Origin: Chrysomallon squamiferum
Taxonomy: Eukaryota; Animalia; Mollusca
Assembly: GCA_012295275.1 (NCBI GenBank)
Contig: CM022678.1
Coordinates: 17,918,001 to 17,982,000 of the forward strand
Direction of reading: 5' to 3'
Length of the DNA: 64,000 nucleotides
Positions 27,248-51,441 of the stretch are shown piece by piece. How positions within the stretch are numbered: the first letter of the stretch is position 1; each line of letters starts with the position of its first letter. Below the pieces are notes generated by a model. The model had not been told where the DNA came from. It worked only from the letters and a program-made list of their open reading frames with translations, and ran no database searches. Made by a program: the position numbers and the translations under genes.

Positions 27248-27862
27248 TCTATCGGACTCTTTCTCTGTCTCTTAATCTCACTGGCTCTCTCTCTGTCTCT
27301 CGTCTCTCTGTCTTTCTCTGAGTTTGTGTATGTATGTGTATATATTTACATTTGTGTGGTTTGTATGTGTGTATTCTAATATGTGCATGTGTCTATGTTC
27401 ATATGTGTGTATGTGTGTGTTCATGTGTTTTATATGTGTATACCTGTGTGTGTTCATGTATGGTTTTGTGTGTGTTTTTGTGTGTGTCTCTGTGTGTTTC
27501 TGTGTGTGTGTGTGTGTGTGTACAGAATCTTTAACATTGAATCAGTATAGAAGAGTCCAGTGAAATTACTTCCTTATTAGCAGATAACACAAAAAGTTAA
27601 TATAGTAGAAACACATGATAACCACAGATTGTACTGACAAAAATATCTTAATATAGAGAGATAGAGAAAGATGTTTTACTTTATTTCATTCCCATTATTT
27701 AATTTTACTTTAATTCAATTATTTCATTACATTTCAGTTATTAATTTTATTTTGTTTTCTTTTATTATATTATATTTTATTCAATTTTATTTTATTTTCT
27801 AACATTACAAGAAAAACTGAAAATGGGATTTGCACATTTCTGACACACAAACAAATCTAAAA

Positions 27863-27905
<43 letters not shown>

Positions 27906-29252
27906 ATAAAAAACATGTTCAGTTTTTACATTTTACTAATCACAAATATTTTATTCATACACTACCTACTACTTCATGGCTTTACCATATCCCCGAGAAA
28001 CAAGGGACGTTACTCTAATACGAGTTTAGCAGACTGGATCGATAATTTAATGGTTTCCCAAGTTCAGCAGCAGAGAGAAAAATCTGGATTTTTAGTGTAA
28101 AAATATTGAGGTAATTTTTTTAATTATTAAAATAAATTAGATTTAAGAATAATATACTTGTCTTAGGTGACAATGAGGTTATATGAGTCGCATAAGGATA
28201 GTTTGTTCTCTCCATCCAACAATGCCGGATACATAACGATAGGTAGGCGAACATTTTCAACTCGGTTAGTCGGTAGTCTTATTTACTGTTAATGTGCTAT
28301 ATACATCGACAGCTGGTTTAAATTCTCACATTTATGTTGACTGTTGGAGCTATTAAATGAAAAGTTAATATCTGGAACATTTAAAACGGCAGGCTTTACT
28401 TTCAAATTGCAGTTGCAAGATGGTTGCAATTAATCATTTATAATTCATTAATTTACGTTATCAAATAAATTATATCATGTATAGTCTGTATAACTAATTG
28501 TCGTCTGCATAATTATCACTATTGTTAAGTCCTTACAATTATCATTTTGTGGTGCCATTAACAAATACCAAAATATTAAATTATTAAACGAGATAAAGAG
28601 GAAATTAAAGTTGCCTTTTGACCAATTAGCTGTTAATAAATGTACACATAGTACACAAAAACAATCATGCATCAGTACACCTGATCAAGTTCATGCAGGA
28701 ACAATGCTGTTTGCAGGTACAAAAACATACTGTAAATTTCACATTGTCTTAGTGCTTGAACATTTTCAGTTACATGTTTGTTTATCTGTTTTTAGATGAA
28801 TTCTGTGTTAATAAATTATTTCTGATAATATTTGTTTCTGAATCAAACTGTCCCTAAATTATTCACAGTAAATTAGGATATTTCCTTTGAATTTGAATCA
28901 TGATTTATGTGAAATCACCAGAAAGCACCAGAATACTCTTCCCCTGATTTGAAAGTAGGTTTTGTAATTTGATCAGTAACTTTGTATCGTTATTACCATT
29001 ATTGCCATTATTATTAACATTTTGTTATTATGGTTACTATCATTAATGATATCATTATTATTATTATTATAATTATAATTTATTGGTTTTATCATCATTA
29101 TTTTAAATTTATATAATTATTATTTACTGATATTACTACTGTTATTATTATAATGATTATTTACTGAAATTGTTTCTTTAATTTATGTTTATTTATTTAA
29201 ATTCTTAGATGATTTTCTTCACATCATGCTAGAGTTTATCACTGTCTGAAAA

Positions 29253-37660
<8,408 letters not shown>

Positions 37661-39882
37661 ATATGCTGCCCTGAACAGTGGTTGTTAATTAATGAGTTGA
37701 TTAATATGTTAATCAAACTAGATCCAAATCCATAATATTATTTTACCTTAGGTAGCAGCCGAATAGTTCCTGCGGTGGTCAGAAACAGGGAAACTTGCCA
37801 AGGGGCTCCAAAACTCTCGGGGAAAAAAAAAAATATTAAAATAAATAAAATAATTAAAAAAATATATATATAAATAAATAAATTAAATAAATAAATAAAT
37901 AATAAAAATATTGCTTAGATTCTGAGATTTAAATAACACTTTTTTTTAATGGTAAAATTTCTTATTAATCTTCTTTTATTTGATTTCTTTGACCATGTTT
38001 TGTGTTTCATGGTGCCTTTTTAAGTGGGCTCTATTACTATTTCTGACAATAGAAATTTTGACTCAGTCCATCACTAATCCTCTGACATCTTATAAACTTC
38101 TAACTGCAGTATGATACAAACTATTCTATAATGATTTTCTGTATACTGATAAACTTATCTCTAGCTCAAATTATATATTATAAACTGTTCTATACCTCCA
38201 GTTTATAAACTGTTCTATCCCTAATTTATTTCAAAACTGTTGCTAAATTGTTCTAATGAAAGAGCACATCAAACAGTTTCTGTGTCTAGAACATATCAGA
38301 AATAATTGTTAATTGTAAATGTTGCAACCATTTTAGAAACCATTCAAGATGCTACCAGTAAATGGTCCGATAAAATTCTTTAAACTTCCAGATTATTATT
38401 TAATTATTTTGGGTGACATTTCATAGCAAGCTATGGTACTGAAATAATAAAAAATAAGAAATAAAAAACAAATAGAACATAAGTACACATAATATATTCA
38501 GAAGTATTTGTCTGTATCACCATACGTACATTTAAGATTATAGATTTTATTTTTATCATCAATGATATATATATATATATATATATATAAGTTTGTTGGT
38601 TTTTTTATCACCAAAAATACTCATAAAGTTACAAAAGTTTATGAATTTGGGCTAATTAATGAATTAATATATTAAAAAGACTGAAAATGTAAGTTGAAAG
38701 TTACAATCCTTCAACCCACCACCCCCACCCATTTCCACCCTTGTTATTACTTATAGCTGTTAGTAGTACTTAGATTTGTTTGCTTTTAAAAGTGATTGAT
38801 TGAAGGAAAAATAGGTTTTTGATGGGGTTTTTGTTGTTGTTTTTTAAAACAAAAAATTCTTCTTTTGTATTTTTATTATTATTTTTTTACCCAGTGTGTA
38901 CATACATGTATGTATGTATGTATGTGTTTATATCTGTGTATATATAAATATATATATATCTTTATCAATCAGTCTGTATATGTAAATATAAAGAAGAATT
39001 AAAAGAAAAATGATTGAAATTGTTTGGATATTTCAACTTAAATAAATTAATGACATTTTTTTATTATATTTTTAAAATTATGTATTTTCAAAAATTCTTT
39101 TAAACTTGATCATTCTACTCTTTTATTTATTTATTTAGTATTCTTAGTTAAATCAAAAGGTTTCAAAACTTAAAAATAATCAGGCACAAATGCAGCCATC
39201 TTTGATACAAACTTATCACTCATATTCATTGGTATTATAAAAATATATGTAAATAAAATAATAAATAACTAATAATAATAAAAATTATTATCTTATTTTG
39301 CTTTGTTTTATATATTTTTTCCTTTTTTTATTTTTGTTTTGATTACATAATTAAATGAAAGTGATGAATACTCTAATAAAAAATATATATATGGATCACT
39401 GATTATTTCCTCATGAATTTGATGGCTAATCTTATTTTCTGTTACTCCATTAAAAAAAAAAATAATAATAATTTTGGACTAGCAATGAACTTCACTACAA
39501 AATTATGTTGCTTTTTATGTCACAAAATATTTAATATTAGAAAAAAAAAAACATTTACACTTCAAAATATTTCATGATCCCTAACTTTTTTCTTCATTAT
39601 GTAATATGATAGGAGGAAAAGAACAGATATTATTTTCATTAATAACATTTTTGTTCAATGTACAGTAATAATCTAAGGAAAATAATATTGATTCACTTCT
39701 GTTTAAATAAGAATAATGTTATAGAATAATTTTATATCTTAGCATTGATTGTAATATCTGATGATGAGTGATTAAACAGAATAAATCAAAAACAAAATCA
39801 AGAACATAATTTTATAAAACCTGCACATCCAACAGACAAGCAGACATGTTCGTAGTTACCAAATATGATGTAATACACATTT

Positions 39883-39932
<50 letters not shown>

Positions 39933-41569
39933 AAATAAGTCACATGTATTTGTTAACCTCAGAGCCTAATTTGTGTATCTGCAGTTATAAAGCATAACAA
40001 GATAATTAATATCACTCCCCTTTATCTTTTCTGTATTTTTAATATAATCTTAATATTTATTTTAGAGTTTTTAAAAAAAGGTCATACATCAGAAATAAAA
40101 TTTATATTTTAATATTACTTCAGTCATTTCTGTAAGTGGACATTTAACTGAAATAACAACAGTTTCAATTGTTTGAGAATAAATTGTATGAATTGTTTTA
40201 ACCTTAAGCAATTGAAGACAGAGAGTACTGACAATTACATTGTTTCTAATAAATAAATAAATAAATAAATAAACAACACTTGTAATAATGGTAATAATGA
40301 AAATAAATAAACAAAAATTAAATCACTGTTTCTTTTATTACCTTATTTTTCTTCTTCTTATGATTATCATTATTGTTATTTATACTTAATATTGTTGTAT
40401 ATTTTCTATTTATATATGTTAAATTAATCTGCTGATGTTCCATTGTATAAAGAGGCTAATGGTTGGATAAGATAGGTGTCCTGTTTTGAGAGTTTGATTG
40501 TTTTAGTACTAATTTATCTATTAGATCTCACACACATGCACACACACACACACACACAACATACAACATACATACATACACACATATATACATATATCCA
40601 TGGTGACGTTTATTTTTAAAATTTAATTTCTTTGGTTTTGTCTTTTTCTTATTTTTTGTTTTTTCTTATATATTTTTTTTTATGGTTTGTGTGTGTGTGT
40701 GGTTTTGTTTTTATGTGTTTTGCAATAAGTAATACTGCAATGCCTTGTTAGTGCATTCATTTTTTTTAATGTTATGTCCTATCTGTGTGTGTGTGTTATA
40801 AAGTCCTGAATCAGCTTTTTTATTTTTATTACCTATCCATGTTTAGAATACTTGTACTTTTTTTTAACATTAATGATGATTTATTGGAACATTTCTTTTT
40901 TATATTTGTTTCATTGTTTCATGTAAATCAAAGTCTAAAATGAAACAAAATGATTTCAAAGTCTTATAAGAAATGTTATTTTGTATTGTCCGTTGAAAAC
41001 ATTTTTGTGTTAAGACAACAATTAATACAATATGTTTAATATGTATGTATAATGTTTCATTGTCTGAGTATACATGTATAATGTTTTATTAAACAGATAA
41101 GTATCTTGTTTCATTCTCCAAAAATATATGTACAGTGATTCTTATCCAGCTTCATTGTTCAAAATGTATGTACAGTGTTTTATTAGTGAAATACATATGC
41201 TGTTTCAATGTACAGAATGTATGTACAGTGTTTCAGTACAAGATCTTTTGTTTCACTTTATCCATCCATTAATATTTTTTGATACATCATTTCACTGTAT
41301 TGAAGTTGTATGTTTCATTGTATACTTGAAGATCTTTGTATGGAACGTTTCAAGCATAATACAATCTTCTGTGGATATTTGTTTCATTTGTAATAAGACA
41401 TTGTTTCACTGTATAAGTTATTGAGAAACAGAATGTTTCAGTGTGTAACTTTGATTAATACATTGCTTTATTTTGTAACGTGCATTTTGACAGATCATCA
41501 TTTTAGTTTACAAGACCATGATTTAAACAATGTATGTAATAGCTCAATAAAACATTATTTAATCATACA

Positions 41570-41835
41570 AGAAATTAACTAGAACATCGTTTGAGCATAC
41601 ACGATATTCACTGAAACAATGTTTCAGTGTACAAGATGTTGACTAAAATATTGTTTTAGTGTGAAAGATGTTGACTAATACATTATTTCAGTGTAAATGA
41701 TGTTGACTAAAACATTGTTTCAGTGTATAAGATGCTGACTAAAATATTCAGTATAAAAGATGTTGACTAAGACATTGTTTCAGTGTACAAGATGTTGACT
41801 AAGACATTGTTTCACATTACACTGAAACAATGTTA
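41570..41835 (+). repeat. 32-bp satellite array A, with degenerate copies back to ~41000
   Basis: Unit AAACATTGTTTCAGTGTACAAGATGTTGACTA. Confidence 0.85.
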
Positions 41836-43331
41836 AACAACAATTAAAACTTGTTTTGTTGTTTAATTGCGTGGTAAAATAAGATCTGGTCTAAAGAACT
41901 GTTTCATTATCAGATGAGGATGACTAGAATATTAGTTTTTATTAATGTAGGCTGTGAGGTCAAGGTCATAATTTTTCTTCAAATTATATATTAAAATATG
42001 TCTTACTAAAAAGTGAATTTTCAGTTTTTTATTTTTATTTATTTATTTATTTATTTAAGTGTTTAAATACAGTTTTACTAAGAACTACTAAAGGTCAGTT
42101 GGCAGAGTATTTAGTTAAAAGAGGTGTGTTTCAGTGGGGACTGTCTCTGAAAGACTTGTATCAAACTGTTTATTCTATCTTTGCTTAATTGAAGAAAAAA
42201 AATTGTGTGTGTAACCTGCTCTTCCATAATTTAAAAAAAAAAAAAAAAAATGTATTTTTAATGTTAAACCTTGATATGTCTGACCCATGGTTCAGTTATC
42301 TACAAAATCTCTGCACACATGCACACACCCACACACGCAGAGAGAGAGAGAGAGACAGACACACATTCACACACAATTTTATACTTTTAAATTGTATAAT
42401 AATTATTATTATTAATGTATATAAAATAATAATAAATAATTGACCCATGGTTCAGTTAATTCTTTGTACTTTTTTGGTAATTCCTTCATATATGTGATGT
42501 ATTTTTGTCATAATTTAATAACATAAAAACAAAATGAAAACAAAAAAAATGAATAAAATTATATTTTGTGAGTGAAATGTTTTAAAGAACATTTACCTTT
42601 TGAAGACTTTTTTTTTCTTTGTTTTGTATCAGGGTGAAAATAAATATTTACAACTGAGTAATAGTTTGTTGTTTTTTGTTGTTTTATATAGAAACTTAAT
42701 ACCAAAAGTTATACTAATAATGATCACCAGCAAGGAATCTTTTCTTATTTTTTCCACCTTCCCAGTAACTGGATACATACACACAAACAAACATCTGAGT
42801 TACAAATTTAATATTTTCTAACTGAAACAGTAAAATTGAAAAAAGAAAACATTATTTTATATTTTTTTTTTTTTTTTTTTTTTTTGAATAATTCTGTATA
42901 GGTTATTCTTATTAATACACTGTTAAAATACATACAGTTGGACTTTTAAAATACATACACACACATACATACATATATACATACATGCATACATACATAC
43001 ATACACACATAATTACAACAAATAATATTTAGAAATGTGTATTGAATTTTTATTGGTATAAACTGAACGGCAATAAAACGGTTCGTTTCTATTCAGATTT
43101 ACATGAGGTAACTGTGATACATTTTCTCTCAAAGGTATTATCGATAATAATCGATCGGAAGATGTATTTTGCATGTTATGACGATCATACTAATAATAAT
43201 GTTCTTAAAATTAAAACTGTTATTTTCACCTACTCATCATGTGCTAATTTGTTAAAATAGTTTCCTCAAAAGTCAAAACGGTCCAACTTGGTGCCGCCTT
43301 TTATGAAGGCGTGTTTACGCACATCGGAAGA

Positions 43332-43798
43332 ATGAGTGTGGAAACAAATGGGTTGAATGAATCGTTTTTAGATTTAGAAAGCATTGATTATGGAAAACTT
43401 GTCAAACTACAGGTAACATTAGATTCTCTTTTGAAAAAACAACGGAAAAAAATATGTTGAAAAAAAACAATGGCCACAGGTTTTGCAATAAATACTACTA
43501 ATAATCATACGATATTTGTTGTGTTTCCGTTGTTGATATATTGCCGTAATAAAAAATTGAGAAATAGTAGAATGATAGAGCTTCGTATTGCAAATATATT
43601 TATTTATTTGTATATTGTTGTTGTTTTATGTGTTACGTTTCAGTTATATACTATAATGACTATAGTCGGGAATAGAAAATTCTGCGTGTGTGTGTGTGTG
43701 TGATTACATAGTCACATTTATATATCTGAATAAATAAATATTCAATTATATTGCCTTTGTAATATTTGTGATAAGTACTATGATATAATTAAGGACAT

Positions 43799-43857
<59 letters not shown>

Positions 43858-45621
43858 TTTTGTTTTGTTTATTTATTTAATCTATATTATCATTATAAAT
43901 ATGTGTGTGGATGTGTGTGCATGTGTACACACACACCCACAGTTATATACATATACACATATATATGTACCTACATATTGAAACTCATGTAAGGCCATTT
44001 GAAAAAATATTTTAAGTGTTTAAGTTAAAAAAATATGTTAAATAACATTTCATTCTTTTAATTTTATTATTATAATTTTTTTTTTTTTTTTTTTTTTTAT
44101 GATGTTTAATCTGGTAATATGTGAATTTAAACTTAAAGTTTTTAATTTTTAAATTCAGGCTGCTTGGAGGGGAACACTGGTCAGGAAACAGTTGTTTTCT
44201 CTTCGAGAATCTTTTGAGGAAATTTGCAAAGAAGTAGACAAGAGAAATTCAAAACATTTAATATGGCCGCGACAAATTCCTTGTTATCCAAACTTTATCA
44301 GCAGTCGAGATTTCAAAAACAGTGAAAAGGTTTTGTCAAGAAAATTGCTTGAAGCAGTTGAAAAAGAAAACGGGGAAGAAATTTTTTGTGAAACGGTTTT
44401 GTCACCAAGTTCGAAATCTAAGAAGAGGACAACAGCTTGTCAGACTGTAAGCACAGAGACGGAATGTTTGGACACTGAACCTGTAGTCATGGTAACATGT
44501 AGTCCTGAGGATTCTGACGTCAATGGAAAGGAAGTGACTTGTAATGACGCAGAGGAAAACCAATTAGATGAACAAAATGAAGATTGCCCAGGCAACAGGT
44601 GAGGCCAACGACAAAAATAATTTTCATAATTTGATATTCATTTTTGCTCTGATTTTTTTTTTTTGTTAAATGAAAAGCTATATTAGTATCTTTTTAATCT
44701 TTTTTTTTTTTGTTATGTTTTTCTGTTGAAAATGCAAAATTTATGTGAAGAAATATTTTAAATATTTTCTATATCTCCAAGTGATTTTTTTGTTTCATTA
44801 CTGGTGATTAGTATGTAGTTGTTAATAATAAAGTATGACATAAATAATAAAGTCATCATACAAAGAAATAACAAATAACCCTGACAGACTGAGGGTACAG
44901 CTGCTTTTAAATAATTCACTAGCTATGTTAGGTTTTATTTTATTTACATGTCTCTGGATGGGATAAGTTTGATAAAAGGAAACATTTAATTCAGTGTCCA
45001 AGCATTTTCATAAATACATTTTTTTAATTGTTATACTTTATTGATAACAAAGATTGGTACATGTGTTACTTTTCTGTGTCTGTGTATGTAGGGTGATGTG
45101 TTTTTCTGTATCTAAGAATCTTGTAAAACTAAAATTAAATAGGATTGTATAGAAATTTTAAACAGAACTGCATTAGGCATGTAATGTTTCTTGTTTTAAA
45201 TTAGAAATAATTCTGAAAATAAAAATGCATAAATGTGTTTGTTTTTCCATTTCTAATTAATTGTGAAAATGTCAACAGCTGCAGAAAATCTTAAAACTAT
45301 AGTTTTTATATTAACTCTTTGCTAAAACTATTTCTGCTTTGATTGATATTGTTCATACAAAATTGTATTTTATTTATTTTATTAATTTTAATTTAAAAAA
45401 AAAAAAAAAAAAAAAGACTTTTATTTAATTACTATTATTTCAAGGGGTTTTAATTATATTGCATTTAATTTAGTGATATTGATCATAAGAAACTTTCATT
45501 GAACAAAATAAGTACATACAGTCTCTTATATATGTTACTGCAAATAGTGATTACCTTTTATTTATTTATCTCAAATGTAACAATATTTTGAATTTGTTAC
45601 CAAAGTTAAAGATGCAGAATT

Positions 45622-45683
<62 letters not shown>

Positions 45684-48179
45684 ATGTATATAAGTATGTA
45701 TGTAAATATATACTATGTTTCTGAACAAAGAATAATGTTAAGACTTTTTTTTATTTTTGTTTTTTTTTTCAGACATTTGTTGACAACAGAACTGAAAAAC
45801 AAAACTGAAGAGTTGGAACATGATGGAGAAAAGTCTGAAGACGACAGATGTTATAGTGGTAATTAATTAAATGTATATTATTTACCAGCAAACATTTATT
45901 TACGTATTCACAATGTAATGCTAAATCAGAGCATGTGATCTTTTATAGGCATTTTGCGGAAATTATTTATTTATCTATTTATTTCCTCATTTTGTTAAAG
46001 CCCCATCCAGCATTACCTTTTAGAAATATTATATTTATTTAATTATTAATAAAATAAGATTGGCATTAAAATTTTATAGATTTATAAAATGTTTTTTTAT
46101 TATTATTATTTATTTATAAATAAAAAAAAGCTCATTTTAAACTTTTTAGATTGCAGTGATCATCTATAATTTATTCAAATTGACAGTCATACTCATACAG
46201 TTAATTACAGAATTGATTATAATTATGAGTGTTATGCTATGAAAATAAATAAATGGAACCTGAATCTTGTTTTATACGTTTTTGTTTCTTGAATTTGTAT
46301 AACACAAGATTTGTTATGCAAAACTGAGTGATTAAATCATTAACTGTTTTTAAAATGTGGCTCAGAAAAATAAAACATTGAAAACGAGAAAGTACGTTCT
46401 AGAATATTGCAAATACTATATACATATATATGTATATATCAAAATTTAATTAATATAATTAAATTTAAAATGTTTTTGATTGGTTTCTGTGGATTTTGTT
46501 AAGATAAACTATTTATGCTGTGTTTCCATGGGTTATGGATGAAGGATGGTTTAATACACAAATTGGGATTTTGTAACTTTTTCTTCAGTGTTTACTAATA
46601 AATTGTAATGTCCTTTAGAGTTTTTAAATTTAATTATGCATCATGCAATTTAATCAATTTGACCACCAGGTAGATGGATATAACAGTAACAATCTGTGAA
46701 AATCGGGTGTATCTTAAAGTGTGCTGGGTCACAGATTTTTAACAGCCATGTTTAAGTGATTTAAATGTCTATTCCATTAAAAAAAATAATAAAAAAAAAA
46801 AAAAATTGTCATTTAATGGTCATTGGAAAAAATTGGTTCAATCTGTGTGGTCCTTGAAAATTCAGACTCATAAAATTTCACTTCATTTATGTAAATTACC
46901 AACACGTTGCTGTTAACAATTTTATACATTGAAACAATGTTTTAGTCAGCATCTTGTACACTGAAACAATGTTTTAGTCAACATCTTGTACACTGAAACA
47001 ATGTTTTAGTCAACATCTTGTACACTGAAACAATGTTTTAGTCAGCATCTTTTAGACAGAAACAATGTTTTAGTCAACATCTTGTACACTGAAACAATGT
47101 TTTAGTCAACATCTTTTACACTGAAACAGTGTTTTAGTCAACATCTTGTACACTGAAATGTTTTATTCAGCATCTTTTAGACAGAAACAATGTTTTAGTC
47201 AACATCTTTTACACTGAAACAGTGTTTTAGTCAACATCTTGTACACTGAAATGTTTTAGTCAACATCTTGTACACTGAAACAATGTTTTAGTCAACATCT
47301 TGTACACTGAAATGTTTTAGTCAGCATCTTTTAGACAGAAACAATGTTTTAGTCAACATCTTGTACACTGAAACAATGTTTTAGTCAACATCTTTTACAC
47401 TGAAATGTTTTAGTCAACATCTTGTACATTGAAACAGTGTTTTAGTCAACATCTTGTACATTGAAACAGTGTTTTAGTCAACATCTTGTACATTGAAACA
47501 GTGTTTTAGTCAACTTATATACTGAGGTTTAGTGACAGTTTAACATTGTTTCTTTTATTTATTTATTTATTTATTTGTGTATTGTTTAATAATTACGTAT
47601 GTCTCTCTATATTTATTATTTTGCTGTTTATGTGTGCATATATTTACTTCTTTTTTATTTATTTATCTATCCATCCATCTATCTATCTATCTGTTTATTT
47701 ATTTACGCAGATGGTACTGAATACCCAGAAGACAGAGATGAACTGATAAAGTTAAGAAAAAATATCGCCATGGAACTTCTATGGGTTCAGCAAGCTATTA
47801 ACAGCAGAAAAAACGTAAATATTACTTAAACTTAAAATGTTGAATTTTCAAAATAATATGTTCTTATTTTAAACTTAAAATTTTGGGGTTTATATCATTT
47901 ATTTGACTGTGTTTGTGACTTTGTATTTGTGTGCTTAAAACAAAAAAAGTAAAAAAATAAAAATATTTGCTAGTGTGAGACCTTTGATTTCAGATCAAAT
48001 AATAATGGTAACAATAATTATTATTTTATTTATATTATCAATGCTAGTTTTTTGCATTTTGTTGAACAGTTAAAGCAAAAATATGAAGGCTTTGCAGAAA
48101 TTTGATCTTCACTATAATATATATATTTTTTTTTTTTTTTTTTTTGTAGTACCTGAAACTTAAAGCTGGAATGGAATAA
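43332..48179 (+). CDS. IQCC: IQ domain-containing protein C, 246 aa. Exons 43332-43412, 44159-44598, 45773-45858, 47711-47814, 48150-48179.
   Basis: N-terminal IQ motif LVKLQ|AAWRGTLVRKQLFSLRESFEEICKEVD..LIWPRQIPCYPNF and C-terminal IAMELLWVQQAINSRKN|YLKLK match the two conserved IQCC blocks. Phases are consistent over 741 nt. Confidence 0.88.
46921..47525 (-). repeat. 32-bp satellite array B in IQCC intron 3 (~18 units); reverse complement of array A
   Basis: Unit TACACTGAAACAATGTTTTAGTCAACATCTTG. Confidence 0.92.
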
Positions 48180-49574
48180 AAAAGAAGAAGAACAAGAAGA
48201 ATTTTCTGTCTCTGGTGTTTCTAAATGTTGTCTCAGTTACACAAAGTTTTTATTTGCCAAAACTCATTCCAGTAGAGTATCAAAGTTTTGTACATCTATG
48301 AAAGCACTCAATTCATTGGACAATCACAAAATGTATCCTGCATTGTCATTGTCTGATTAATGGGAAACTCTGATTGGCCCAAGGAGAATGCAACATTACT
48401 TGACTGGTCAGAAGAATGTAAGCCCTTTTTGGATTGGTCTAGGAAGAATGTAAGATTACATATGATTGGTGTTTAAAGAATATTAATGACAGTTTACACC
48501 AGCTTATAGATGAAAGTGAAAGAAGTAGAAAAAGAAAAATTTTAAACACTAAATTTACCATGTGAAAAGAAACAGAGAAGAATGTATCTATTATTTATTT
48601 TTTCATAGAAGATAAAATATTCAGGATTTTTAAAAATCAAAAAAATAATAAAAAAAAATAGAATTGTTATATTAATTGCTGTATTAGTTATGACCACATG
48701 TTTGATCTTGTTTATTTTTTAAATAAATATTTTTATTACTTTTTTTGTTTTTTCTTAGTTGAGAAAGCTTTTAACTTCTTTCAGAACATTGCAATCCATG
48801 ATGTCAGTGCAATAATCTTCTATATATACCCACGTCTCCTAATCTCCATTTGTAAATACGAATAACAACAACAACAACAACAATAAAAACTACTGCAGGC
48901 ACCAAACTATCAACCAAGCCTGGGTGTGGCCCAGATTTTAAGATTTCTTGACACAGGATAAATCTTTGATTAAAATAGGAAATAAAGAACAGATCTGTAT
49001 TTAAGAGACAAATTGATGCACTTCTTACAAAACAGTCTGTTCCATCTTTATTAATTTAATTAGCAGGTTGTGTTTCTGCTAGTCTTTTAGACATGATAAT
49101 AAATGAAAATGAGAGTAAGCCGCAATGTATGCAGCAACACTCTCATCTGAAGTGTTCCTAATTCTGAAGTAGCCTTGTTTAAACGATCTGGTTTTCTGGA
49201 AACGAGATAAATGGTTCATTATCTATACTTCTGCTAACAACAATAACCGTAAATGACGATAGTATAATAATGATGATGATAAAGATGATAATGATGACGA
49301 CAGTAGGATAATAATATTACATGAAGTTAAAACTGAATTTCTGGTGTATCATTTGTGATATTATGCACTGGAAAATGAATTTATTTAGCTAAATGAAGAG
49401 AGAAACAAACAAAAATGGAAGAAACCTATTTCAGTTATCTTCATTAATTTTTTCAAATTTTCCTGGTCATTACAAAATAGATCATCTCACTGGTGCCATG
49501 TTTTAATTCATTAAAAAGATTCAAAATTTCCCAAGTGTTCGGTATCAAAATAACCAGAACATCTCATAGAAATT

Positions 49575-49815
49575 ACTGAAACTATTAATTATAATTAGTT
49601 AATACTTATAAATGATTGAAATGTTTAATTATAGTTAGTTAATACTTATGAATGAAACTATTAATTGTGGTTAGTTAATACATACAAATGATTGAAACTT
49701 TTAATCATAATTAGTTGATACTTATAAATGATTGAAACTATTAATTATAGTTTATTAATACTTACAAGTGATTGAAATGTTTAATTATAATTAATTAATA
49801 TTTATAAATGACTGA
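49575..49815. repeat. ~40-bp minisatellite between the IQCC and MTERF3 3' ends
   Basis: GAAACTATTAATTATAATTAGTTAATACTTATAAATGATT repeated about 6 times. Confidence 0.85.
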
Positions 49816-50433
49816 AAGATTGAAAAATCTATGTTTCTACTTTTGACTGCCTGACTTCCACACAAAATTAGTAAATAAATTAACAATTTTATGACATGAT
49901 ACTTCACAATAAAGCTGATTTTAAGGATGAAGAATAATAATAATAAAAAAAATAAAAAAATAGTTATAAAATAGATAGACAAACAGGTAGACACACCCAG
50001 ACACAGACAGAGAAATAAATAAACAGAAATTAAGAAGGTATTGAAATTTTATTTATGAATGAAGGTAATTACTTCCTACTATTAAAACAATCTGGAAGAT
50101 TCGTCAGTATCTTTGCAGCATGACATTACTATTTCACTGGTCCAGTATTGTTTGGCTCTACTACTACAGATGAAACTTTTTTCTGTTTAGACGGCAACAC
50201 CCCAGCCCCACAGTTACTGAACAGCTCTATCATGCAATATTAATACTGTTAGTATTATAACAACACAAATGAAAATTTATTTAAATATATATATATATAT
50301 ATATTTTTTTTTTTTTTATTTCCGATGTATATTGTTATAATCATACATCACATTATTTTATTTACAAAATTATTTCTGATAAAATGCTATAAAATCACTG
50401 TTTTTCAAATCTTTTCTTGTTTGTTCTTAAATT

Positions 50434-50768
50434 TTACAAAGTTTTAAGGAAGTTATTGTAATGCGTAAGTGAAGTTTTGGCAACGTTTTGACAAAATTCC
50501 GCATCTTTCCCAGACACCAGAGCTTTCAGAGACACGTAGTTTTCTTTTTCTGGGTTGTACTGAGCTCTGCCGATGCTGAGGAGGTACTGATGGCGCTGCT
50601 GCAGTAGATGCAGTCGTGTTCGGAAGATGTTTGGCCACTGCACCAGTCGATCATGGTCCATGCCCATCACGTTGTGTAGATAATCAAACTTCTTGCCAAG
50701 GGAAAATTTATCTGAAGGAAAAGAAATTTGAGAAAATGTTTCAGTTGGTGCTGTAAGTTAGTAAATAT

Positions 50769-50801
<33 letters not shown>

Positions 50802-51404
50802 GTGTTTGTGTGTGTTAATATTAATTAATATGTTTATATATACAGGTATTGACAATAACATGCTGTCAATAATAAACAACAGGAAGTCAACCTTAAAATG
50901 TATTTCTAGAACTATATGTTCATGTTGAAAATTACAAATCTCAAAAAAATGTTTATTTAAAAATCAAAAAACTATTTTCCCCTATCCTTTTCACTGATCA
51001 AATCTATCATGCAAAGACCAAAAGTTATAAAAATTTATAACTGTATTTGTCAAAAGAAAGATTAGTCTTTGAAGTACAAATGCAGTAGCTGTCAACCTTT
51101 ATATTTTTCACTAGCCCACTTCAAACAATTTTTACAGTTCTATATTAAATTGTATACTATGATTACTGTAATGTAGTAACCTGTTATGTGACTTATATGG
51201 GCAAAATTTAAATATTTTTGTCATTTTGGAATGTTTAGTTTTGTAAGAACACATCTTTGAAATCAGTAATTTGATGCTTAAACATGTTTTTTCAACAAAA
51301 TGTGATTCACAATCTTTTGGCACTGAACCATTTTTTTTCTAAACCTGGGCTGTGGCTTTCCTTTGAGATACTATGAGAAAGCTTAGATACAGTAAATGCT
51401 ATAA

Positions 51405-51441
<37 letters not shown>

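Noticed and set aside
46500-46580. Extra IQCC exon
   Set aside because: The acceptor is weak, and flanking exons 45773-45858 and 47711-47814 already join in phase.
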